64,000 nt of DNA from contig DASSXL010000219.1 of NCBI GenBank assembly GCA_035703825.1, forward strand, positions 10,189-74,188, written 5' to 3'. This DNA is from Candidatus Angelobacter sp. GTDB taxonomy: Bacteria; Acidobacteriota; Terriglobia; Terriglobales; Acidobacteriaceae. Positions 28,802 through 37,573 of this stretch are shown in pieces. A program made the position numbers and the translations under genes. The stretch's first letter is position 1; each line of letters begins with the position of its first letter. Below the pieces are notes generated by a model. That model saw nothing but the letters and a program-made list of their open reading frames with translations, made no database searches and was not told the origin of the DNA.

Positions 28802-30751
28802 ATGTCGTTGTCAAATTGCGTAAGAAAGGCATGGCTGGCGGCCTTGTTGTTGTTTCCGCTGCTGTGCGCGGGCCAGGGGCGCCCCTGGCTGCCTGTTGAT
28901 CCCAAAGACCTGCAGATGAAGGAGCTGCAGCAGATTCCCGGGGCCCAGGCGTCCCTCCTTTACTACGCCGACGAAATCGACGATACCAGCCATAACGAAT
29001 TCCTCTACTCCCGGATCAAGATCTTCAGTGACGGCGGCAAGCAGTATGCCAACGTCGAGATACCTTTGCTCGAGAAATTCTCGGTTGAGAACCTGGCCGC
29101 CCGCATCATTCACGCCGACGGAAAGATCGTGGAGACGGCAGTGCACCCGTTTGAAAAGGTGGTCCTCAAAGGAAAAGGTCTGCGAGTGCGCGTGCAGGCC
29201 TTTACTCTCGCGGATGTAACGGCGGGCGACATTATTGAGTATCAATATCAGCTCCATCAGGGCGACAAGGGGTTGTACCACCATCATTGGGAGGTGCAGC
29301 ACGACCTCTTTGCTGTGAAGGAACATTTTCTTTTCAAATACAACAAACAATACTCGGTCCGATGGCTGCCCTCCGCCGGCCTTCAGCAAAGCCCCCAGCA
29401 CGATCTGAAGGCCAACACCCTGGAGATGGATTCCGAGAATGTGCCGCCCTTTGAAGCGGAAGAGCAAATGCCGCCGGTGGCGGCCTACAAGTGGGAGGTC
29501 AAATTTTTCTATACCTCGCCATTCATGAGTTCTCCTTCCTCTTACTGGTATGAGATTGGACGAGGCGTCTCCCGCTGGCTTGATCAATACGTGGGCAATG
29601 CCAAGGAGATCGCCAGTGAAGCCGCGGCGGTCGTCGGGACTGAAACTGACCCTGAGAAGAAGCTGCGCAAGCTGTATGCCCGGGCCCAGGAGATCAGAAA
29701 CCTCAGCTACGAACGTCATCGCACGGAGAAAGAGCGGAAGAACGAAGAGCTCAAGGAAAACAAGAATGCCGTCAACGTTCTCCACCATGGTTACGGGGAT
29801 CGACATGAGATCACCCGCCTTTTTGTTGCCCTGGCCAGAGGCGCAGGCTTCACGGCATCGGTTGTTTTCGTGTCCAGCCGCGAGTCAAGGTTGTTCGATC
29901 GCGAGGTCCTCTCTTTTTCGCAATTGGATTCTGAAATCGCGCGCGTGCGGCTCAATGGCAAGGACATTTTCCTTGATCCAGGAACCCGCTTCTGTCCTTA
30001 CGGGCTGATGCGCTGGATGCGTACCGGAACGGCTGCCATGGACATGGCCGATCCCGGACAATTCATTTCTACACCGGGCGCGCCGGAGGACAGCGCCATC
30101 ATCGAGCGAAGCGCCGAGCTGAAGCTGGATACTGAGGGAGCGGTCAAGGGTGAAGTGCGGATCGAGTTCGAGGGCCTGGAAGCGCTCGAGCGTCGCCTCT
30201 CCGCGCTGGATACGGATGACGCCGGCCGCAAGAAAGAGCTGGAGGACGAAGTAAAGCTGTGGCTCCCCGCCAATGCCAAAGTGGAGATGGAAGATGTCGT
30301 CGGATGGGAAAAGGAGTACGAGCCGCTGACCGCCGTCTTCAAGGTTGAAGTGCCGGAGTTTGCCTCCGCAGCGGGCAAGCGGCTGATGGTTCCTACCGCC
30401 TTGTTTCAACCCAAGCAGAAACGCGTGTTGAAGAGTGGAACCAGGAGGTTCCCGGTCTATTACAACTACGCGTTCAGTGAAAATGATCACATGAACCTGC
30501 AACTGCCGGAAGGCTACGGCCTTGAGACGTTGGCTTCGCCGCAGACCGCCGCCACCAAATTTGCCCGATACACGACCAATGCGGCCGCCACCGGGCCATA
30601 CGTGAATCTTGACCGGTCGCTCAGGTTCAACGGGGTCTTCTTCCAGCCGGACCGTTACGAGGAATTGAGGCTTTTCTTTGCCAAGGTCCAGGCTGGAGAT
30701 GAACTGCAAACCGTTGTACGGCAATCGCCCGCTGAATCCAAGGCGCACTAA
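28802..30751 (+). CDS. Secreted transglutaminase-like paralogue A5 (Cys position = Arg)
   Basis: Signal peptide; RPWLPVDPKDL, GDIIEYQYQ, YARAQEIRNLSYERHRT, HGYGDRHEI..ALARGAGFTA, LDPGTRFCPYG, FFAKVQAGDELQ. Confidence 0.8.
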   Translation: MSLSNCVRKAWLAALLLFPLLCAGQGRPWLPVDPKDLQMKELQQIPGAQASLLYYADEIDDTSHNEFLYSRIKIFSDGGKQYANVEIPLLEKFSVENLAARIIHADGKIVETAVHPFEKVVLKGKGLRVRVQAFTLADVTAGDIIEYQYQLHQGDKGLYHHHWEVQHDLFAVKEHFLFKYNKQYSVRWLPSAGLQQSPQHDLKANTLEMDSENVPPFEAEEQMPPVAAYKWEVKFFYTSPFMSSPSSYWYEIGRGVSRWLDQYVGNAKEIASEAAAVVGTETDPEKKLRKLYARAQEIRNLSYERHRTEKERKNEELKENKNAVNVLHHGYGDRHEITRLFVALARGAGFTASVVFVSSRESRLFDREVLSFSQLDSEIARVRLNGKDIFLDPGTRFCPYGLMRWMRTGTAAMDMADPGQFISTPGAPEDSAIIERSAELKLDTEGAVKGEVRIEFEGLEALERRLSALDTDDAGRKKELEDEVKLWLPANAKVEMEDVVGWEKEYEPLTAVFKVEVPEFASAAGKRLMVPTALFQPKQKRVLKSGTRRFPVYYNYAFSENDHMNLQLPEGYGLETLASPQTAATKFARYTTNAAATGPYVNLDRSLRFNGVFFQPDRYEELRLFFAKVQAGDELQTVVRQSPAESKAH

Positions 30752-30799
30752 GGCGGTTTGGTAACGCTCTGACCTTGCCGTGGCTTTTCCGCATCTTCT

Positions 30800-32629
30800 A
30801 TGATGGAGAAGGAATCTTCTATGGCGGATCACTTGAACAAAAAGAAAGACCAGAGCGGCATTGCGGAAAACCCGATTGCCGAGATCTTTGAAGGTCGTCA
30901 CCCGGCCGAGTCGGAAAAGCGCTGGGCTGAAACCACGCTGGCCAAAACGCTGGAGAAAGCGCCGGAGAAGCCGATTGGCGCGGCCACCGGCGTCAATCTG
31001 GACGAAAGCGGTCACGCTCAGTTCACAACCATCAGCGGCGTGCCCATCCGCCGGCTTTACACGCAAGCCGATCTGCCCGAGGACTGGAACTACGAGAAAT
31101 ATCTTGGCTATCCCGGCCAGGCGCCCTACACGCGCGGCATTCATTCCAGCGGCTATCGAGGCCGTCTCTGGACCATGCGCCAGTTTTCCGGCTTCGCCTC
31201 TCCGGAGGAAACCAACGAGCGTTACAAATACCTGATGGCCAGTGGCGGCGGTGGACTCTCAGTGGCTTTCGATCTGCCTACGCTCATGGGCTATGACTCT
31301 GATCATGCAGCGAGTGAGGGCGAAGTGGGCAAGTGCGGCGTGGCCATCGATTCGCTGGAAGACATGGAGATCCTTTTTAACGGAATCGACCTTGAAAAAA
31401 CCACCGTCTCCATGACGATCAACTCGCCCGCCTCCGTTCTGTGGGCCATGTATCTGGTGGTGGCGGAAAAGCAGGGCGCGGACTGGAAGAAAGTCTCAGG
31501 CACGCTCCAGAATGACATTCTGAAGGAATACATCGCGCAAAAGGAATATATCTACCCACCCGCGCCCTCGATGCGCCTGGTGATCGATACGTTTGAGTTC
31601 GGCTCCAAATTCACGCCCAAGTTCAACTCTATTTCCATCAGCGGTTACCACATTCGTGAAGCCGGTTCTACCGCGCTTCAGGAATTGGCATTCACCATTT
31701 ATGACGGCGTTGAATACGTGGAATGGGCGCGCCGCCGCGGCCTGGACGTGGACGACTTTGGCCCGCGCCTGAGCTATTTCTTCAACTCGCACAGCGACTT
31801 TTTTGAAGAGATTGCCAAGTTCCGTGCCGCGCGCAAGATCTGGTACCGCCTGATGAAAGACCGCTTCGGCACCAAGCAGGAGCGCACGTGGCTGATGCGT
31901 TTCCATACGCAGACCGCCGGTGTCTCGCTCACGGCGCAGCAGCCTCTCAATAACATCGCTCGTGTGGCCTTGCAGGGACTGGCCGCCGTGCTTGGCGGCA
32001 CGCAGTCTCTCCACACCGATTCCTACGATGAAGCCCTGGCGCTGCCCACGCAGGAAGCCGCGCGCATCGCACTGCGCACGCAGCAGATCATCGCCTATGA
32101 ATCCGGCGTGGCCCAGACCGTTGATCCGCTGGCCGGCTCTTACTTCCTGGAAAAGCTGACGCTCGACATGGAGAAGGGCGCGTTTGACTACTTCGAGCGC
32201 TTGGACGCCATGGGCGGCATGGTCAAGGCCATCGAAAACGGCTTCCCGCAGAAAGAAATTGCTGAAGCTTCTTACCAGTATCAGCGCGCCGTCGAGGCCA
32301 AAGAGAAGATTGTGGTTGGCGTAAATGATTTTGCGGTCGAAGAAAAGCAGATGGATACGCTCTACATTGACGAATCCGTGGCCCGCCACCAGACGGCTAA
32401 GCTGAAAGCTCTGCGAGCCCGCCGCAACAATGACGAAGTCCGCCGCACGCTGGACGCCCTGAAGAAAGCCGCAGCGCAGGAACCCGTTGTCCGCTCCGAT
32501 GGCCGCATCAGCGACGCCAACACTATGCCGTTCATCATCGACTGTGTCCGCGCCTACGCCACCGTGGGCGAAATCTGCCAGGCGTTGCGTGAAGTCTATG
32601 GGACATATGAAGAGGTGAGCATCACGTAG
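30800..32629 (+). CDS. Methylmalonyl-CoA mutase family, large catalytic (substrate-binding TIM barrel) subunit without a B12-binding domain
   Basis: [32 protein letters not shown]...[34 protein letters not shown] and HTQTAG are typical acyl-CoA mutase motifs. The ORF ends before any DxHxxG domain. Confidence 0.85.
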   Translation: MMEKESSMADHLNKKKDQSGIAENPIAEIFEGRHPAESEKRWAETTLAKTLEKAPEKPIGAATGVNLDESGHAQFTTISGVPIRRLYTQADLPEDWNYEKYLGYPGQAPYTRGIHSSGYRGRLWTMRQFSGFASPEETNERYKYLMASGGGGLSVAFDLPTLMGYDSDHAASEGEVGKCGVAIDSLEDMEILFNGIDLEKTTVSMTINSPASVLWAMYLVVAEKQGADWKKVSGTLQNDILKEYIAQKEYIYPPAPSMRLVIDTFEFGSKFTPKFNSISISGYHIREAGSTALQELAFTIYDGVEYVEWARRRGLDVDDFGPRLSYFFNSHSDFFEEIAKFRAARKIWYRLMKDRFGTKQERTWLMRFHTQTAGVSLTAQQPLNNIARVALQGLAAVLGGTQSLHTDSYDEALALPTQEAARIALRTQQIIAYESGVAQTVDPLAGSYFLEKLTLDMEKGAFDYFERLDAMGGMVKAIENGFPQKEIAEASYQYQRAVEAKEKIVVGVNDFAVEEKQMDTLYIDESVARHQTAKLKALRARRNNDEVRRTLDALKKAAAQEPVVRSDGRISDANTMPFIIDCVRAYATVGEICQALREVYGTYEEVSIT

Positions 32630-32633
32630 GTTT

Positions 32634-32667
32634 TGTTCAATCCCGAACCCGCGAAGCGGGTGAGGGG
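32634..32667. repeat. Solo MITE terminal-repeat fragment (half element)
   Basis: ttgttcaatcccgaacccgcgaagcgggtgagggg matches the left TIR of the MITE family, including the internal hairpin acccgc-gaa-gcgggt. It fills the 43 bp gap between two convergent genes. Confidence 0.65.
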
Positions 32668-32672
32668 CCAGA

Positions 32673-33515
32673 TTACGCGCGATCCTGGCGATTTTTATAC
32701 ACCGCCCATTGCTCGGTCCCTGCAATCTTTTCCAGCCATTCGGCCTGAGTCAGCAACTGCTCAAATTCGGTGAATCGATACGCAACATAAACCGGCCGTG
32801 GCGACCGCTCGACCGAGCGGCGCAGATTCTCCAGTACCTGCGCGAATGTCGCCTCAGAAAAGGGATTGAACAAATACACCACCAGCGGCCCATCGGGAAA
32901 CTGAAAATCCCGCGCGTCCATGCAGAGAGTTTCGATCTGCCGGCACCGCTGCCGACCGGATGCGAACCAGGAGATATTCTTCTGAGCGGTGCGATGCAAC
33001 TCTGGCATGAACTCCACGCCGATAATCCTCTTGAGCGGATAATCAGAAGCCATCAGCAGCACTCGCCCTTTGCCGCAGCCCAGATCGATAAACGTGAAGT
33101 CTTGCAACCCGGCTTCGGCAACGGTTCTGTGGCTGACTGCTGATTGCTGAATGCTGACTGCTAATGCCTGCATAATCTCCTGGAACAGCCACGGCTCAGT
33201 CGCAAAATATGGGCGTCCCGTGACTCCGGTAAAAAACTGCGTGCCGAAGCCGACGTTGGAGCGCGTGGTATCCACGGAGTGTTCCCAGTCATAATCCAGA
33301 TCGCCGAACCGGGCCTTGCGGTGCGATGGCAGCAACTCGAGCAGAGCACCCCAGCCGGCATCGGCCAACTCCCGTAAAGATCGCCAAAAGCCTAAGTAGC
33401 GCATGCTCTCACGCCAATGGCGCGCGAAGGCGCGGCGGAAATTGAATTCGTCCGCTGCGGCGGCAGGCGATTCACCGGGTTTGGAATCAGGATTCACGAT
33501 AAAGTCGATTTTCAA
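32673..33515 (-). CDS. Class I SAM-dependent methyltransferase
   Basis: Motif I FIDLGCGKGRVLLMA, later VVYLFNPF. Contains an in-frame word-repeat segment (33131-33167). Confidence 0.7.
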   Translation of the reverse strand: MKIDFIVNPDSKPGESPAAAADEFNFRRAFARHWRESMRYLGFWRSLRELADAGWGALLELLPSHRKARFGDLDYDWEHSVDTTRSNVGFGTQFFTGVTGRPYFATEPWLFQEIMQALAVSIQQSAVSHRTVAEAGLQDFTFIDLGCGKGRVLLMASDYPLKRIIGVEFMPELHRTAQKNISWFASGRQRCRQIETLCMDARDFQFPDGPLVVYLFNPFSEATFAQVLENLRRSVERSPRPVYVAYRFTEFEQLLTQAEWLEKIAGTEQWAVYKNRQDRA

Positions 33516-33595
33516 CTCCGCGTTTGGATTTTCGATGTCGGCGATTTCGCGCGATGACGGTGATCACGGCGATTGATATAGAATCACGGTCATCC

Positions 33596-34255
33596 ATGAA
33601 AAAAGCCCTTGATCATCTCAAAAAGTCGGACGCAATGCTTGCCTCTATTATTGCCCGTGTGGGGCCGTGCAAGATGGCCTATCGCGATCCCACGTTTGAA
33701 ATGCTGGCGCGGGCCATCGTCTTCCAGCAGTTGAGCACCAAGGCTGCGCGGACGATCTATGGCCGCCTTGAGGAAGCCGCCGGCGGCGCACTCGCGCCGG
33801 AGTCGATCCAGAACCTGAGCGTGGGTGAGATGCGGCGGGCCGGCCTGTCGCGGCAAAAGCTCGGCTATATACGCGACCTGGCAGAGCACGCCCTGAGCGG
33901 CAAAGTGGATTTTGCCAAGCTGCCCGCAATGAGCGATGAAGAGGTGATTGAATCGCTCACGGACATCAAGGGCGTTGGCGAGTGGACGGCGCACATGTTC
34001 CTGATTTTCTCTCTGCGCAGGCCGAACGTGTTGCCGGTCGGCGATCTGGGCGTGCGCATGGCCATCCAGCGGGCCTATCGCAAGCGCAAAATGCCAACGC
34101 CCAAACAGGTGGAGCAGATTGCCAAAGGCTGGCATCCGTATTGCAGCTATGCGGCGTGGTACCTGTGGCGGAGCCTGGAGTTTCCCGTGGCCGAAAAGTC
34201 AAACCACAAAGGACATAAAGGGACACGAAGACGTATTCTGAAATCCCGACCCTGA
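33596..34255 (+). CDS. DNA-3-methyladenine glycosylase II (AlkA-like, HhH-GPD family)
   Basis: HhH-GPD pattern: LTDIKGVGEWTAHMFLIFSLRRPNVLPVGDLGVRMAI. Start placed at ATG 33596 (MKKALDHLKK). The last ~20 codons read through a word repeat and into MITE copy B. Confidence 0.8.
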   Translation: MKKALDHLKKSDAMLASIIARVGPCKMAYRDPTFEMLARAIVFQQLSTKAARTIYGRLEEAAGGALAPESIQNLSVGEMRRAGLSRQKLGYIRDLAEHALSGKVDFAKLPAMSDEEVIESLTDIKGVGEWTAHMFLIFSLRRPNVLPVGDLGVRMAIQRAYRKRKMPTPKQVEQIAKGWHPYCSYAAWYLWRSLEFPVAEKSNHKGHKGTRRRILKSRP

Positions 34256-34398
34256 GCTTGCCGAAGGGGAGGAACCCCCTATCGCCGCGAAGAATTCTCG
34301 GGTGGAAACAAGAAATCTGAAGGCGAAACTCGAGAGTTTGGAAGAAGGTAGTGATCCCTCACCCGCAGAGAACGCGGGGTTCGGGATTTCAGGAAAAA
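34234..34398. repeat. MITE-like palindromic element, copy B
   Basis: Ends attctgaaatcccgaccc...gaggaaccccctat and gatccctcacccgcagagaacgcggggttcgggatttcaggaaaaa. Flanked by inverted words aaccacaaaggacataaagggacacgaag (34201-34229) and cttcgtgacctttgtggtt (34401-34419). Confidence 0.8.
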
Positions 34399-34445
34399 GC
34401 CTTCGTGACCTTTGTGGTTAATGCCTTTTGGTAGAATCAGAGAAG

Positions 34446-34865
34446 ATGTCAACTGACCGCAAAATTCGCGTGCTTGTCGCCAAGCCCGGCCTCGATGGAC
34501 ATGATCGCGGCGCCAAGGTGATTGCCCGAGCTCTGCGCGATGCCGGAATGGAGGTCATCTATACCGGGCTGCGGCAGACGCCGGAAATGATCGTCAACTC
34601 CGCCTTGCAGGAAGACGTGGACGTGATTGGCCTCTCGATTCTTTCCGGAGCGCACAACGCCATCGTGCCTCGCGTTTCCGACCTGCTGCGCCACAATAAG
34701 ATGGAAGACGTTCTCTTCCTGATCGGCGGCATCATTCCGGAGCAGGACTTTGATTTCCTGAAAAAAGCCGGCGTCAACGCGATCTTCAATCCCGGCACAC
34801 CGATGGACGATATCGCCGATTTCATCCGCAAAAACGTCAAGCCGCGCGGGCTGATTACGGCCTGA
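34446..34865 (+). CDS. Cobalamin (B12)-binding small subunit/domain of the acyl-CoA mutase
   Basis: [25 protein letters not shown] (DxHxxG B12-binding motif) and [12 protein letters not shown] at 34446 is preferred over the TTG at 34428. Confidence 0.85.
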   Translation: MSTDRKIRVLVAKPGLDGHDRGAKVIARALRDAGMEVIYTGLRQTPEMIVNSALQEDVDVIGLSILSGAHNAIVPRVSDLLRHNKMEDVLFLIGGIIPEQDFDFLKKAGVNAIFNPGTPMDDIADFIRKNVKPRGLITA

Positions 34866-34967
34866 TACATCTGTCGTTTCGTCCCAGTCCTGTCTCAAAA
34901 ATCGCACTGACCGGGGCTAACCGGTACCTTCTGTGCGAGTCTAACCGCTCGAACTGAGAGGTAGACA

Positions 34968-35888
34968 ATGAAGAAATTGATTGCCGTCAGCCTTGCCTTG
35001 CCACTGTTCCTGGCCCTGGCGCATGCCGGAGAGCGCCACAACCGCGGTGGCTCAAACATCACGATGAATGATGATTCGGCCAGCGACGATTGCCGAGAGC
35101 ATCTGCGCGTCAGCAATAATGAATACCGGGCCAATGTTCGCGATGAAGAGACCAAGACCATTCCCAATCAGCCGCTTACCATCACCGCTGAACAAAATGG
35201 CGGAATCCAGGTAACGACCTGGGACAATCCAGAAATCAGCCTCAAACTCTGCAAACAGATCGCCGCGGACGATGAGAGCCAGGGCCGCAAACTGCTGGCG
35301 GAAACGCATCTGGAAATCAACGGCGCAAAAGTCTCGATACACGTGCCGCGGGAAGACGATTATTCTCTGGGTACGCTCCTGCTCGTGAAGGCGCCCAAGA
35401 ATGCGAATTTGAACCTCAGTGTGCACAACGGCGGCGTTTCATTGACTTCGTTTGTCGGCACGGCAGAAGCCCATGCCGAAAATGGCGGCATTTCCTTCCG
35501 GCGGAGCAGCGGCAAATTGACCGCCGAGGCCCAAAATGGCGGCATATCCATCAAGGACTGCGGCGGCGATGTGACCGCCAAGGTGGAGAATGGCGGCCTT
35601 TCCATCGCATTGCCGGAGCATTGGGAAGGCAAGGGCCTGGAAGCCCACGCCCGCAATGGCGGACTGGTGGTTTCAGTGCCGAAGACTTTCAACGGCGGGC
35701 TGGAGGTTGTCGCTTCAGAACACACTTCCATCATCTGCAAAGACGACGTCTGCAATGCCGGCGAGCGTACCTGGGACAATGGCCACAAATTGTTCCGCAT
35801 CGGCGGGGCGAACCCGCAGGTTCGGGCCACCACGGAGAATGGCGGCATTGTCATTGAAGAGCGCGGGCGGGCGCGCGGAGAGATGTAG
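34968..35888 (+). CDS. Secreted beta-strand repeat protein (DUF4097 / putative adhesin-like)
   Basis: Signal peptide. Eight to nine repeats of the NGG(I/V/L)S motif (QNGGIQV, HNGGVSL, ENGGISF, QNGGISI, ENGGLSI, RNGGLVV, FNGGLEV, ENGGIVI). Confidence 0.7.
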   Translation: MKKLIAVSLALPLFLALAHAGERHNRGGSNITMNDDSASDDCREHLRVSNNEYRANVRDEETKTIPNQPLTITAEQNGGIQVTTWDNPEISLKLCKQIAADDESQGRKLLAETHLEINGAKVSIHVPREDDYSLGTLLLVKAPKNANLNLSVHNGGVSLTSFVGTAEAHAENGGISFRRSSGKLTAEAQNGGISIKDCGGDVTAKVENGGLSIALPEHWEGKGLEAHARNGGLVVSVPKTFNGGLEVVASEHTSIICKDDVCNAGERTWDNGHKLFRIGGANPQVRATTENGGIVIEERGRARGEM

Positions 35889-36055
35889 GCGCTCTTCAAG
35901 CCTGAAGTCAAAATCAAGCCGCGACGGAATGCGTCAAAGCCCTGGATCTTTCTGGTTCCAATTCAGGCCGGAAATAGGGGCTTTCGCAGACTGTCGCGGC
36001 TTTTCTCTTTCGATTTCTCCTTCCCAACCCATATACTTGTCCTTTAGACCCAGCC

Positions 36056-36895
36056 ATGACCACTCTGGACCAGATTCTCGCCGCCACCCGTGAACGCGTG
36101 AGCCGCGCCAAAGAGCGGGCCAAAGTGCGTCCGCTGGAGAGGGCGGCCTCGTCCCACACGCCGCGCGGCTTCCGCAAGCGTCTGGCGGCCATGGCGCAGC
36201 TTGGGCCGGCGGTGATCGGGGAGCTCAAGAAAGCTTCGCCCTCCAAAGGCACCATTCGCGGAACATTTCCCGTGGGAGTTCTGGCCAACCAGCTCGCGCG
36301 CGGCGGAGCTTCGGCCCTCTCGGTCCTGACGGATGAAGAGTTCTTTCAGGGATCGCTGGCCAACTTGCTGGAAGCCTCCGCAGCCACCGAGCTGCCTTGC
36401 CTGCGCAAGGATTTCATCGTCGATGAATTTCAGATAGTTGAGGCCCGCGCTCATCATGCCGATGCCGTGCTGCTGATTATGGCCGCGCTGGACGATGCCA
36501 CCTTCCGCCGCCTCCTGGATTACTCCCGCGCATTGGATCTCGACGCGCTTTGTGAAGTGCATGATGAAGAAGAGCTGAAGCGGGCGATTGAGGGCGGCGC
36601 GGACATCATCGGGGTGAACAGCCGCAATCTCAAGACCTTCCAGGTCAGCCTGGATACCGTGATCGACCTGGCCGGCAGCATTCCCAATCACGTGCTGCGC
36701 GTGGCGGAAAGTGGAATTGACAGCGGGGCGGAGATCCGTGAACTCCATGCCGCGGGCTATCAGGCCTTTCTGATTGGCGAGGCGCTGATGCGCGCTGAAG
36801 ATCCCGGGCAGAAATTGCAGCAGCTCTTGCAGGATGCGGGATGGTATTCGCCGTCCACCGCGGCTTCTCCTCATTGGCGTGGCACAGTCCAGTAA
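36056..36895 (+). CDS. trpC: Indole-3-glycerol phosphate synthase
   Basis: VIGELKKASPSKG, LSVLTDEEFFQGS, LRKDFIVDEFQI and NSRNL motifs. Confidence 0.9.
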   Translation: MTTLDQILAATRERVSRAKERAKVRPLERAASSHTPRGFRKRLAAMAQLGPAVIGELKKASPSKGTIRGTFPVGVLANQLARGGASALSVLTDEEFFQGSLANLLEASAATELPCLRKDFIVDEFQIVEARAHHADAVLLIMAALDDATFRRLLDYSRALDLDALCEVHDEEELKRAIEGGADIIGVNSRNLKTFQVSLDTVIDLAGSIPNHVLRVAESGIDSGAEIRELHAAGYQAFLIGEALMRAEDPGQKLQQLLQDAGWYSPSTAASPHWRGTVQ

Positions 36896-36928
36896 GAAGC
36901 CAAAGCAGCTTTCCCTAAAAATAATTGC

Positions 36929-37573
36929 ATGCGTACCTGGATCAAAATCTGTGGGACTACCTCTCTTGAAGACGCGCTCAGCTCGATGGAAGCCGGCGCC
37001 GACGCCCTGGGCTTTATCTTTGCGCCCAGCAAGCGCCGGGTCACGCCAGACCAGGCCGGCAGGGTCATCCGCGAATTGCCGCAGAAGGTCGAGCGGATTG
37101 GGGTCTTCATGAACAGTACGGCCGCCGAGATTGCGAGCATCGTCAGCCAGGCGGATTTGACGGGAATTCAGATGCACGGTGAGGAATTTCCTCCCGAGGT
37201 CTATGCGTACCTACCTCTGAATCGCAGGGACGAGATGAGGAAGATCAAGACAATCCAGGTACAGGACGGCGTTCGGCTTAAGTTCGAACCCTATGGCGAG
37301 CCGCCAAACGCAGTGGACGCATGGCTGTTGGATTCTGGCGCGGGAAGCGGCAAGACATTTGATTGGCAGGCCACTTGCGCTCATCTGGCGGGGCGGCACG
37401 AGAGGTTTATTATCGCCGGCGGACTTACACCGGAAAACGTCGGTGATGCGATGCGGACTTTCAAGCCATGGGGCGTTGACGTGGTAACCGGTGTGGAGCG
37501 GGAACCTGGGCGGAAGGACCCGGAAAAGCTTAAAGCATTTGTCGCGGCGGTGCGGAAGGCGGAACAGATATGA
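36929..37573 (+). CDS. trpF: Phosphoribosylanthranilate isomerase
   Basis: [47 protein letters not shown] overlap with trpB. Confidence 0.85.
   Translation: MRTWIKICGTTSLEDALSSMEAGADALGFIFAPSKRRVTPDQAGRVIRELPQKVERIGVFMNSTAAEIASIVSQADLTGIQMHGEEFPPEVYAYLPLNRRDEMRKIKTIQVQDGVRLKFEPYGEPPNAVDAWLLDSGAGSGKTFDWQATCAHLAGRHERFIIAGGLTPENVGDAMRTFKPWGVDVVTGVEREPGRKDPEKLKAFVAAVRKAEQI

Noticed and set aside
18378-31144. Long minus-strand ORFs opposite the paralogue array (18378..19256, 20470..21327, 23792..24829, 26211..26900, 28138..28905, 28811..29806, 29885..31144)
   Set aside because: They recur only because the sense genes are paralogous. There are no signal sequences or motifs, and the plus-strand frames carry the conserved blocks.
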